Source of the DNA: an uncultured Solirubrobacteraceae bacterium
Lineage (GTDB): Bacteria > Actinomycetota > Thermoleophilia > Solirubrobacterales > Solirubrobacteraceae
NCBI GenBank assembly: GCA_963724135.1
Contig: CAVRTA010000006.1
Span: 1,301,857-1,365,856, forward strand
Length of the DNA: 64,000 bases
Direction of reading: 5' to 3'
The translations under genes and the position numbers were made by a program. Every line of letters begins with the position of its first letter. Positions within the stretch are counted from its first letter, which is position 1. Positions 56,349 to 64,000 of this stretch are shown piece by piece. The notes under the pieces are model-generated. The model was not told the DNA's origin. It was given only the letters and a program-made list of their open reading frames with translations, and ran no database searches.

Positions 56349-57069
56349 GGTCACGGATGCTGACGACTGGATCGGGGCCGGCGTCGCGATCGCCATCGCG
56401 GTCGCCGTGGTCACCGTGCTGCGGTTCCTGTTCGCCCGGCGCCACACCGGCCTGCCGCCGGAGGCCGAGACGCGGCTGCGGCTCGTCGAGCGGCTCGTCT
56501 ACGCCGTCGTCCTCACCGTCGGCATCGCGATCGCGCTGTCGCAGTTCGACGTGGTCCGCACGCTCAGCCGCGCGCTGCTGGCGTCGAGCGCGATCGCGGC
56601 GGCGATCGTCGGCTTCGCGGCGCGGCAGACGCTGGCCAACGTCGTCGCCGGGCTGATGCTGGCGATCACGCAGCCGCTGCGGCTCGGAGACCGGATCGTG
56701 TTCGAGGACATCGCCGGTGTGGTCGAGGACGTGACCCTCTCGTACACCTTCCTGCGCGCGCTGTCGGGGGAGCGCGTCGCGATCCCGAACGAGCGCCTCG
56801 CGGCCGGGATCCTGCGCAACGACACGCTCGGCGCGCCCCAGCTCGCCGTCGAGGCCGAGGTCTGGATCGCACCCGACGCCGACGTCGACACGGCGTTGAA
56901 GTTGCTCGGCGACGCCGACGTGGCCGAGGCCACGCCCGACGGCATCCGGCTGGTCGTACGCGACGGCGAGGCCCCGGCTCGCGAGCGCGCCGACCGCGCG
57001 AACGTCCTGCGCGCGCGCACCCTCGCGCGCCTGCACGGGCAGGGAATGCTGCCCCCGTCAGCGAACTAA
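56338..57069 (+). CDS. small-conductance mechanosensitive channel (MscS family)
   Basis: The pore helix plus beta-domain region is [41 protein letters not shown]. The start is ATG 56338 or ATG 56347. Confidence 0.75.
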   Translation: MAFMVTDADDWIGAGVAIAIAVAVVTVLRFLFARRHTGLPPEAETRLRLVERLVYAVVLTVGIAIALSQFDVVRTLSRALLASSAIAAAIVGFAARQTLANVVAGLMLAITQPLRLGDRIVFEDIAGVVEDVTLSYTFLRALSGERVAIPNERLAAGILRNDTLGAPQLAVEAEVWIAPDADVDTALKLLGDADVAEATPDGIRLVVRDGEAPARERADRANVLRARTLARLHGQGMLPPSAN

Positions 57070-57080
57070 CCTCGTACGTC

Positions 57081-59204
57081 TTGAGCCGTTCGCTTCGCAC
57101 CCGGCGGCACCGCTCCCACCGCTCCAAACCGCGCAACAAGGTCCTGCTCGCGGTCGGTGTCGTCCTCGCGATCGTGAGCATCGCCGGACTGTCCGCGGTC
57201 GGCTACGTCGTCTCGATCGCCGCGTCCGCGCCCCCGCTGGACTCGCTCAAGCCCCGCGACCCGGGCGGCTTCTCGCTCGTCCTCGACCGCAACGGCCGCC
57301 GGCTCGGCGTGATCCAGGCGCGCGACCTGCGCAAGGAGATCCCCTCCGACCAGATTCCGCAGAACATCAAGGACGCCACCGTCGCGATCGAGGACGCGCG
57401 CTTCTACCAGCACAAAGGCGTCGACTACATGGGCTTCCTGCGCGCAGCGATCAAGAACCTCGAGTCCGGCAAGACGGTCCAGGGCGGCTCGACGATCACG
57501 ATGCAGCTGATCCGCACGCTCTACGGCTCGAGCGAGCGGACCTACCAGCGCAAGATCCGCGAGGCCAAGCTCGCCGAGGAGCTCGAGGACGAGCACTCCA
57601 AGGAGTGGATCCTCACCAAGTACCTCAACACCGTCCCGTACGGCACGTACGGCGGCCAGACCGCCCTCGGCGTGTGGGCCGCGTCCAAGACCTACTTCAA
57701 CAAGCACCCGAGGAAGATCAACCTGGCGCAGGCCGCCCTGCTCGCCGGCCTGCCGCAGGCGCCGAGCGAGTACTCGCCGGTCCGCGACCCCGCCCGGGCC
57801 AAGGCACGCCGCAACCAGGTGCTCGACGCGATGGCCAAGGAGAGCATGATCTCCGAGCTCCAGGCCGCGGAGGCGAAGGCGTCCCCGCTGCAGCTGGACA
57901 TGTCGAAGTACTTCCAGAACCGCCGCGAGGACTACTTCTTCGACTACGTCAAGGCCCAGTTGCTGGAGGCGTTCCCACGGCGCGAGGTCACTCGCGGCGG
58001 CCTGCGTGTCTACACGACGATCGATCCGGCCAAGCAGGAGATCGCACGCAACGCGATCGCGGGCCGGATCGCCGGCGTCGGGCCGTCGGCGGCGATCGTG
58101 ACGATCGACCCGTCCAACGGCGAGATCGTGACGATGGCGTCGTCGTCCGATTACGGCGACTCGAAGTTCAACCTCGCCGCGCAGGGGCACCGCCAGCCGG
58201 GCTCGGCGTTCAAGACGATGACCCTGATGACCGCGCTGCGGCGCGGCGTCGACCCGGACGCGACGGGCTACGTCTCCAAGGCGCTCAACTTCGACGACCC
58301 GACGTACGGGCACATCGAGACCAAGACCTACAGCAGCTCCTACAGCGGGTACATGAGCATCCGCCGCGCCACGCTGTCCTCGGACAACACGGTGTACATG
58401 CAGATGGCGCTCGACCTGGGGCCCGAGAACGTCCGTCAGACCGCCTACGACATGGGCATCACCACCAAGCTCGACGCCTACCCGGCCGAGTCGCTCGGCG
58501 GCCTGACCAAGGGCGTCTCGCCGCTGGAGATGGCCAGCGCGTACGCGACGATCGCCAGCGGCGGGGTCTGGCACAAGCCGATCGCCATCACCAAGATCGT
58601 CAAGGCCGACGGGACCGTGCTCAAGGGCAAGACGCTGCCGAAGAAGCTGCGCCCGCGCGCAGAGCGCCGCTTCCAGGACGGCGTCACCCACGAGGCGACC
58701 GAGATCCTCGAGCAGAACATCCAGGGCGGCACCGGCGGCAACGCCGCCACCGGGTGTCCGGCGGCCGGCAAGACGGGGACGACCGACGAGCACTCCGACG
58801 GCTGGTTCGCCGGCTTCACGCCGAGGCTGTCGTCGGCGGTCTGGGTCGGCTACCCCGACGCCAACGTCCACATGTTCTCCGAGTACCACGGCGGCCCGGT
58901 GGCCGGCGGCACGTTCCCGGCCGAGATCTGGGGCGACTACACCCGGCAGGCCATGGGGGGGTTCTGCGGCGGCTTCCCGCTGCCCGAGCATCCCATGACG
59001 TTCACGAAGTTCTACGGCCGCTACGCGTCCAGCGCGCGGCCCTCGACCACGCCCTCGACCACGACCGCGGAGACACCCGTCCCGAGCGACGACGCGCCGA
59101 CCGACGCGCCCGACGACGGGACCGACGGCTCCGGCACCGGCGGCACCGGGGTCTACGACCCCGACCTGTACGAGTCGCCGCCCCAGGAAGTACCCACGCC
59201 CTGA
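57081..59204 (+). CDS. class A penicillin-binding protein (glycosyltransferase plus transpeptidase)
   Basis: GT51 motifs: [27 protein letters not shown]. Transpeptidase motifs: GSAFK, SSDN, KTGTT. N-terminal TM segment and a Pro/Thr-rich C-terminal tail. Confidence 0.9.
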   Translation: MSRSLRTRRHRSHRSKPRNKVLLAVGVVLAIVSIAGLSAVGYVVSIAASAPPLDSLKPRDPGGFSLVLDRNGRRLGVIQARDLRKEIPSDQIPQNIKDATVAIEDARFYQHKGVDYMGFLRAAIKNLESGKTVQGGSTITMQLIRTLYGSSERTYQRKIREAKLAEELEDEHSKEWILTKYLNTVPYGTYGGQTALGVWAASKTYFNKHPRKINLAQAALLAGLPQAPSEYSPVRDPARAKARRNQVLDAMAKESMISELQAAEAKASPLQLDMSKYFQNRREDYFFDYVKAQLLEAFPRREVTRGGLRVYTTIDPAKQEIARNAIAGRIAGVGPSAAIVTIDPSNGEIVTMASSSDYGDSKFNLAAQGHRQPGSAFKTMTLMTALRRGVDPDATGYVSKALNFDDPTYGHIETKTYSSSYSGYMSIRRATLSSDNTVYMQMALDLGPENVRQTAYDMGITTKLDAYPAESLGGLTKGVSPLEMASAYATIASGGVWHKPIAITKIVKADGTVLKGKTLPKKLRPRAERRFQDGVTHEATEILEQNIQGGTGGNAATGCPAAGKTGTTDEHSDGWFAGFTPRLSSAVWVGYPDANVHMFSEYHGGPVAGGTFPAEIWGDYTRQAMGGFCGGFPLPEHPMTFTKFYGRYASSARPSTTPSTTTAETPVPSDDAPTDAPDDGTDGSGTGGTGVYDPDLYESPPQEVPTP

Positions 59205-60082
59205 GCGAACTCGCGCTGATCGACGCGATCGCGGCGGTGCTGGAGCGCCCGCCGGGTTCGCGGGTCGTGCGCTGGACGGGGGACGACTGCGCGGTCGTGC
59301 GCGCCGACGGGGTGCTCGTGACCTCGGTCGACGTGATGGTCGACGGGACCCATTTCCGTCTCGGAGCCGCGAGTGCCGCCGACGTCGGCTGGCGCGCGCT
59401 CGCCGGCGCCCTCAGCGACATCGCGGCCATGGGCGCCGCACCCGGCGAGGCGTACCTCGCCGTCGTCGTGCCACCGGGATTCGACGGCGTCGTCGAGCTG
59501 CACGCCGGCGCGCAGGAGCTCGCCCGCGAGCACGGCGTGACCATCGCCGGCGGCGACCTGGCCGCGGGGCCGGCGCTGACCGTCGCGGTGACCGTGACGG
59601 GGTGGGCCGCCTCGGCGGACGAGGTCGTGGGCCGCGACGGCGCGCGCCCGGGAGACGTGGTCGGGGTGACGGGGGAGCTCGGCGCCTCCGCCGCCGGGCT
59701 GGCGGCCGGCTCGGGCCCCAACTGGGAGCGCCACCTGCGCCCGCGGCCGCGGCTGGCGGAGGGCCGCGCCCTCGCGCGCGGGGGCGCGCGCGCATTGATC
59801 GACCTGTCCGACGGCCTCGCCACCGACGCGCGCCATGTCGCGCGCGCGTCCGGCGTGCGGCTGGAGATCGACGCCGAGCGGCTGCCGGTGGCCGCCGGAG
59901 CCACGGTCGAGCAGGCGGCGACCGGCGGAGAGGACTACGAGCTGCTCGCCTGCGTACCGCCGGAGCGGGCGCCGGAGGTCGGCGGACTGGTCACGTGGAT
60001 CGGGACCGTCGAGGCCGGGGAGCCAGTGCTGGAGCTACGTGGCGGCGCGCCGGAGTGGCGCGGCCACGAGCATGCGCTCTGA
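59201..60082 (+). CDS. thiL: thiamine-monophosphate kinase
   Basis: [35 protein letters not shown]. The conserved N-terminus begins upstream of any ATG/GTG/TTG. The only candidate start is CTG 59201, which overlaps the PBP stop (CTGA). The start is uncertain. Confidence 0.75.
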   Translation: MSELALIDAIAAVLERPPGSRVVRWTGDDCAVVRADGVLVTSVDVMVDGTHFRLGAASAADVGWRALAGALSDIAAMGAAPGEAYLAVVVPPGFDGVVELHAGAQELAREHGVTIAGGDLAAGPALTVAVTVTGWAASADEVVGRDGARPGDVVGVTGELGASAAGLAAGSGPNWERHLRPRPRLAEGRALARGGARALIDLSDGLATDARHVARASGVRLEIDAERLPVAAGATVEQAATGGEDYELLACVPPERAPEVGGLVTWIGTVEAGEPVLELRGGAPEWRGHEHAL

Positions 60083-60090
60083 GCCGGGCG

Positions 60091-60195
60091 CTATCCGGTC
60101 GGCTTGATCAGCCCGCCCGCGAGCAGCCGCCGGAGAATCGCTTCCGCGACCGCCTTCGGATCAACCTCGTAGGTGCTCACATCGATCCCCTTCAT
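60091..60195 (-). CDS. small ORF (34 aa), weakly FlgM-C-terminal-like
   Basis: ATG 60195 is preceded by AAGGACGGA. The peptide is MKGIDVSTYEVDPKAVAEAILRRLLAGGLIKPTG. The G-x-Y-x-VD-x-x-K-x-A pattern resembles the sigma-binding end of FlgM; this is speculative. Confidence 0.3.
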   Translation of the reverse strand: MKGIDVSTYEVDPKAVAEAILRRLLAGGLIKPTG

Positions 60196-60346
60196 GGGTT
60201 CCGTCCTTGTCTGTTCCCGCCGTGCCACGCCCCTGCCACGGCGGTCGACCCGGGTCCTGCGTTGGTGCTCATATCGACGCACACTCACAGTCACATGATG
60301 AGGATCGGCCCGGATCGACCGATTGCCGATCCGGCGCAGACCCCGT

Positions 60347-61105
60347 TTAGAACAGGGTCTTGGAGGGAATGGCGTCGACCTCGCGGGCGAACACCACGAT
60401 CCGCTGCGCCGCGCTGTAGAGCGGATGGCACGCGGTCAGGACCAGCCGGTCGTACTTCTTGCGGGCGGTCACCCAGGTATCCGTCGGCTTGACGATGCGC
60501 AGCCGCTCGACCTCGTAGCTGACCTTGGCGTAGGGCATCTCCACATCGATCCGGTCCCCCGGATCGAGCTTGTCGACATTGCGGAACGGCGCTCCGTAGG
60601 TGGTCCGGTGGCCGGCGAACGCGACCGTCCCGGGGGCGCCGGGCAGCGGCGTTTTGGGGTAGTGGCCGGGGCCCTTCTGCAACCCGGCGGCGGTCGTCCC
60701 CTCGACCAGCACCTTGTTGACCCCGATCGCCCTGATACGGATCCGCCCGATCGGCTGTCCGTCCTTGATCTTGCGGTCCAGCGCGCGCGCCGCGAACGCG
60801 ATCCGGCTGCCCGCGTCCGGTAGCGACCTCAGGGCGCGCTCCTCGAGCGCCGTGGGCGCCAGCTTCCCGGCGAAGTCGTCCTCGAGCTGACCCGCGAGCT
60901 TGTTCTGCTGGAACTTGTTGTAGATCGCCGACAGCGGTTCCTGCCAGGCGATCGTGAGCCCGGCGTCGGCGAGCAGCAGCAGGCCGGAGACGATCAGCAC
61001 CGTCGACAGGGCGTGCAGCGCCGATCGCACGCGCGAGCGCCGCGGCGGCGGGCCCGCCGGCCTCGCGCGGGGCGTCATCAGCTCTTCGAGGGTCGGGGTG
61101 CTCAT
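60347..61105 (-). CDS. sortase (class E-like)
   Basis: N-terminal TM segment, FAGHRTTYG (catalytic His), LVLTACHP (TLxTC-type Cys) and a distal Arg in RIVVFAR. Confidence 0.8.
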   Translation of the reverse strand: MSTPTLEELMTPRARPAGPPPRRSRVRSALHALSTVLIVSGLLLLADAGLTIAWQEPLSAIYNKFQQNKLAGQLEDDFAGKLAPTALEERALRSLPDAGSRIAFAARALDRKIKDGQPIGRIRIRAIGVNKVLVEGTTAAGLQKGPGHYPKTPLPGAPGTVAFAGHRTTYGAPFRNVDKLDPGDRIDVEMPYAKVSYEVERLRIVKPTDTWVTARKKYDRLVLTACHPLYSAAQRIVVFAREVDAIPSKTLF

Positions 61106-62871
61106 CGGCGCAACGCGGACTCGGTGCCGCCGAGCGAACCGGGGCCGGCGTAGCTGCGCGGGCCGCGGGTCACGATGCGGTCGTCGTCCTCAGACGGGGT
61201 ATCGGCAAGCGCGCGCCGCACCCGGAGGATGCTGACAGTCGCGCATGTCGCCGCGATGAAAACGCTCACGGAGACCATCGCTCCCCAACCGAGCGCGCCG
61301 CCGGCCACCAGCCCGAAGCCCACCCAGACCGCGTCGATGGGGCCGAGCCCGAACGAGTTGACGTAGTAGAGGACGATCGCGACCGGGGCGAGGAGACCGA
61401 TCGCCAGCGCGCCGGCGGCGGCGGCGCGGCGCAGGCGCTCGCCGGGGGCCGTGACCAGCAGCCACGCGTGCGCGGCCGGGAGGAGAACCGCGGCCGCGTA
61501 CGGGTTGAACACCCACACCGCGAGCGTCAGCACGCTCAGCATCAGGCCCGTGGCCGCCGCCGCGCCGCCCGCGGCCACCGCCGGCCCGCGCTGGTGCCTG
61601 CCGATGACGCGCGTGCGCACGAGGTACGCGGTCGCGAGGCCGGCCAGCAGCGCCCCGGCGGCGCACGCCCAGCCGGCGGCGTCCTGGTCCACCGAGCCCG
61701 GCGCGGGCAGGGCGGTGACGGCGCCCGCGGCGCCGAGGAGCCGCGCGAAGGCCCAGGCGGTCGCGACCGGCAGCGCGAAGCTCAGCGCCCACACCGTCCA
61801 CGCGCCGACCGGCGCCCCGCGGCGGCGGGCGCGGAAGAACCCGTCGAACGCGGTCAGCAGCGCGGGCGCGAGCAGCGTCAGCACCAGCAGCCGGATCGAC
61901 CAGGTGGGCACGAGCCGCTTGAGCGCGACGATGCCGTTGGCCTCCGGGAAGCGTGCGTCGAGCGATGCGTACAGCGTCCGCAGCACCGCGCGGCCGAATC
62001 CGGCGAAGCGCTGTAGGTCCACCGGCGCACCGGCCGCGGGCCGGCGCTCGCCGCTGGCGGAGATCAGGACCGCGGGCGCACCCGCGGCGTTGACCGGGCC
62101 CTGCTCGCCGAGCGTCAGCGGCACGGCGCGGCGGAACAGCTGCGCCAGCGCGCGCGTGCGGCCCGGGTCGGCGGCGATCTCGGTTCGCAGCGCGGACTGG
62201 ACCGTGCGCTCGATCGCCAGCGGCAGTGGGCCCGACTCACCGCTCCAGGGCAGGACGAACGGACGCCGCAGCTCCTCGCCGGCGAGGTTGCCGAGCACGT
62301 ACACGGCGTCCACCGGCCCCGCGACGGCGTCCACGACGTCGCGCGCACCGCCGAAGCCGCCGCTCCCGCCCGACACCGAGGCCAGCACCACCGTCTTCGC
62401 GAGGTCGCGGTCGGCGAACAGCCGCGCGAGCTCGAGCAGCGTGGCGGTGCCCGAGAGATCCGCGATCGCCGGTGATCCCGCGGCGTCGCGGTGGGCGACG
62501 ACGACGATCGTGCGCTCGGAGAGCCCCTCGCGGGTGGCCAGCACCGACTCGAGCTCGGCGCTGCCGTCGATCGTCGTGGTGCTCACCGAGCGCCGCTCGA
62601 TCGCCGCCGCGGTGGCGAAGCCCGTGTCGGTGAAGCCCTCCGCGATCCGGTCGGCGAGCCCGGTGTCGTCGGTCGAGCCCGGCCGCCGGCGCGGGAAGCG
62701 CTGCGCGAGGTCGTTCATCGTCGTGAACGCGCGCTGCGCATCGAAGGCCAGCGGCGCCAGACGCGTCGTCCGCGGGTCGGGCACGTCGGTCAGCGAGAAC
62801 GCCAGAATGAACAGCGCCGCGACTGCTGGGACCAGCGCCGCCCGGTAGACCCGGTGGTCGAGCACGCCCAC
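61102..62871 (-). CDS. M28-family peptidase-like domain fused to a polytopic membrane domain
   Basis: GTG 62871 or 62865 lies inside ORF 61102..63786. VVVAHRDAAGSPAIADLSGTATLLELARLF is M28-like. The C-terminal half has multiple hydrophobic helices. ATGA overlap with the sortase gene. Confidence 0.65.
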   Translation of the reverse strand: MGVLDHRVYRAALVPAVAALFILAFSLTDVPDPRTTRLAPLAFDAQRAFTTMNDLAQRFPRRRPGSTDDTGLADRIAEGFTDTGFATAAAIERRSVSTTTIDGSAELESVLATREGLSERTIVVVAHRDAAGSPAIADLSGTATLLELARLFADRDLAKTVVLASVSGGSGGFGGARDVVDAVAGPVDAVYVLGNLAGEELRRPFVLPWSGESGPLPLAIERTVQSALRTEIAADPGRTRALAQLFRRAVPLTLGEQGPVNAAGAPAVLISASGERRPAAGAPVDLQRFAGFGRAVLRTLYASLDARFPEANGIVALKRLVPTWSIRLLVLTLLAPALLTAFDGFFRARRRGAPVGAWTVWALSFALPVATAWAFARLLGAAGAVTALPAPGSVDQDAAGWACAAGALLAGLATAYLVRTRVIGRHQRGPAVAAGGAAAATGLMLSVLTLAVWVFNPYAAAVLLPAAHAWLLVTAPGERLRRAAAAGALAIGLLAPVAIVLYYVNSFGLGPIDAVWVGFGLVAGGALGWGAMVSVSVFIAATCATVSILRVRRALADTPSEDDDRIVTRGPRSYAGPGSLGGTESALRR

Positions 62872-62892
62872 GATCGTACGGGCGCGCCTAGC

Positions 62893-63627
62893 ATGTATGA
62901 GCGCAACGGAGTGCCTGACCGTTCCCCCCGCATCCTGCTCGTGGACGACGAGCAACCGATTCAGACGCTGCTCTCGTTCCCGCTGCAGCGCGACGGCTAT
63001 GACGTCGTGACCGTCGCCGACGGCCGCGAGGCGCTGGCGCGGTTCTCCGAGCAGCACTTCGACCTGGTCGTCCTCGACCTGATGCTGCCGAAGATGGACG
63101 GGCTCGAGGTGTGCCGGCGGCTGCGCTCGCAGGTGGGCAACGGCAAGACCGTGCCCATCATCATGCTCACCGCCCGCGCCGAGGAGATCGACAAGGTGCT
63201 CGGGCTCGAGCTCGGCGCCGACGACTACATCACCAAGCCATTCTCGGTGCGCGAGTTCCGCTCCCGGGTCAAGGCGGCGCTGCGGCGGGCGGCGCTGGCA
63301 CGCACCGACCCGGAGGACGAGGCGCCGATCGTGACGCTGGACCTCTCCATCGACCCGGCCAAGCGCACCGTCGAGGTGCGCGGCGAGATCGTGCCGATCA
63401 CCTTCGTGGAGTTCGAGATCCTCAGCGCGCTGGCGCGCTCGCCCGGGCGTGTCTTCACGCGCGACATGCTGCTCACGCGCGTGTGGGGCGACTCGGCGTA
63501 TCGCGACCCCCGCACGATCGACGTCCACATCCGCCACCTGCGCGAGAAGCTCGAGATCGACGCGAAGGATCCCGAGTACCTGTTCACGGTGCGCGGCGTC
63601 GGCTACCGGTTCCGCGACGTCGTGTAG
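62893..63627 (+). CDS. OmpR/PhoB-type response regulator
   Basis: ATG 62893 lies inside ORF 62491..63627. ILLVDDE, LVVLDLMLPKMDG, ADDYITKPF and the winged helix ..FTVRGVGYRF are present. Confidence 0.9.
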   Translation: MYERNGVPDRSPRILLVDDEQPIQTLLSFPLQRDGYDVVTVADGREALARFSEQHFDLVVLDLMLPKMDGLEVCRRLRSQVGNGKTVPIIMLTARAEEIDKVLGLELGADDYITKPFSVREFRSRVKAALRRAALARTDPEDEAPIVTLDLSIDPAKRTVEVRGEIVPITFVEFEILSALARSPGRVFTRDMLLTRVWGDSAYRDPRTIDVHIRHLREKLEIDAKDPEYLFTVRGVGYRFRDVV

Positions 63628-63636
63628 CGGAGCCTG

Positions 63637-64000
63637 ATGAGGTCGCTGCGGAACCGGCTCTCGCTCCTGTTCGGGGCGATCGTGCTCGGAGCCATCGCGG
63701 CCTCGTACGCGCTCGTCGTGCCGCCGCTCGAGGGCCAGTTGCGTGACCAGAAGGTGGACGGCCTGGCTGAGTCGGCGCGCGTGCACGTCGGCCCGGTGCG
63801 CGAGACGGTCGGCCGCAGCGTGCCCGTCGACGAGGTGCGCGGGCGCATCGCCACCGCCGCTGCGCGCTCGGGCGCGCGCGTGACGCTCCTCGACGTGGCG
63901 ACCGGGACGCAGGGCCGCGGCCTGACCGTGGGGATCGACTCGCAGCCGGGCACCGAGGAGGGCGACGCACGCTTCGTGCTCGCCGACCAGGCGGTGCGCA
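63637..64000 (+). CDS. probable sensor histidine kinase, N-terminal fragment (runs off the window end)
   Basis: ATG 63637 lies 10 nt after the regulator stop. MRSLRNRLSLLFGAIVLGAIAASYALVV (TM segment) is followed by an extracytoplasmic-looking segment. No kinase motifs fall within the window; the call is by position. Confidence 0.5.
   Translation, partial: MRSLRNRLSLLFGAIVLGAIAASYALVVPPLEGQLRDQKVDGLAESARVHVGPVRETVGRSVPVDEVRGRIATAAARSGARVTLLDVATGTQGRGLTVGIDSQPGTEEGDARFVLADQAVR

Overview
This is 64 kb of very high-GC bacterial chromosome (well above 65% GC by eye). The gene content and motifs look like a high-GC Gram-positive, Actinobacteria-like organism; I cannot assign a taxon without a database search. 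All product calls rest on motif recognition by eye. Many long ORFs in the track are antisense or out-of-frame high-GC artefacts (Arg/Ala/Gly/Pro-rich), and I ignored them.

Gene content: the window is densely packed, mostly housekeeping, and has many 4-nt stop/start overlaps.
- A frameshifted ThDP-enzyme gene and a frameshifted gabD.
- SpoIID-like protein, amidase, MaoC dehydratase, FEN-type 5'-3' exonuclease, GH2 hydrolase and S15-type hydrolase.
- A translationally coupled cassette: GT4 glycosyltransferase, ATP-grasp protein, and a nucleotidyltransferase-like/dTMP-kinase-like fusion.
- A collagen-repeat, tail-fibre-like membrane protein.
- ychF, PAP2 phosphatase, methylmalonyl-CoA epimerase, a lipid kinase, an EAL-GAF-GAF-degenerate-GGDEF protein and an FtsH paralogue.
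- DUF1385, an M20 peptidase and rarA.
- A roughly 10 kb co-directional string: sirC, moaB, ccmABC(D), hemA, hemC, cobA/hemD, DUF62, birA, a PqqD-like gene and osmC.
- An SF2 helicase, a TlpA-like thioredoxin and dtd.
- A peptide-type ABC operon with three binding-protein genes.
- tRNA-Arg(CCU), a transglutaminase-like membrane protein, a CPBP protease, a HAD hydrolase and MscS.
- A class A PBP, thiL, a sortase, an M28-like membrane peptidase and an OmpR-type two-component pair.

Most interesting observations:
1. A family of A/T-cored palindromic elements (CACAAAAGGG-N5-CCCTTTTGTG, core GGGAC-N-GTCCC). Copies sit exactly on stop codons. Two copies lie inside coding sequence: in-frame in hemC, and in the 3' tail of the transglutaminase-like gene abutting the tRNA. 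Two copies share a 34-bp exact repeat 23.6 kb apart.
2. A roughly 1.05 kb single-gene insertion (the collagen-like gene) bracketed by a duplication of the ychF 3' end.
3. The uncharacterised GT4 / ATP-grasp / NTase-kinase cassette.
4. A 111-bp element with 26-bp terminal inverted repeats.
5. Five same-direction frameshifts confined to the als-gabD pair.
6. Head-to-head start codons sharing CATG/ATGCAT palindromes, and NTGA overlaps including a putative CTGA at thiL.

I found no CRISPR array, rRNA, transposase, integrase or recognisable defence system.
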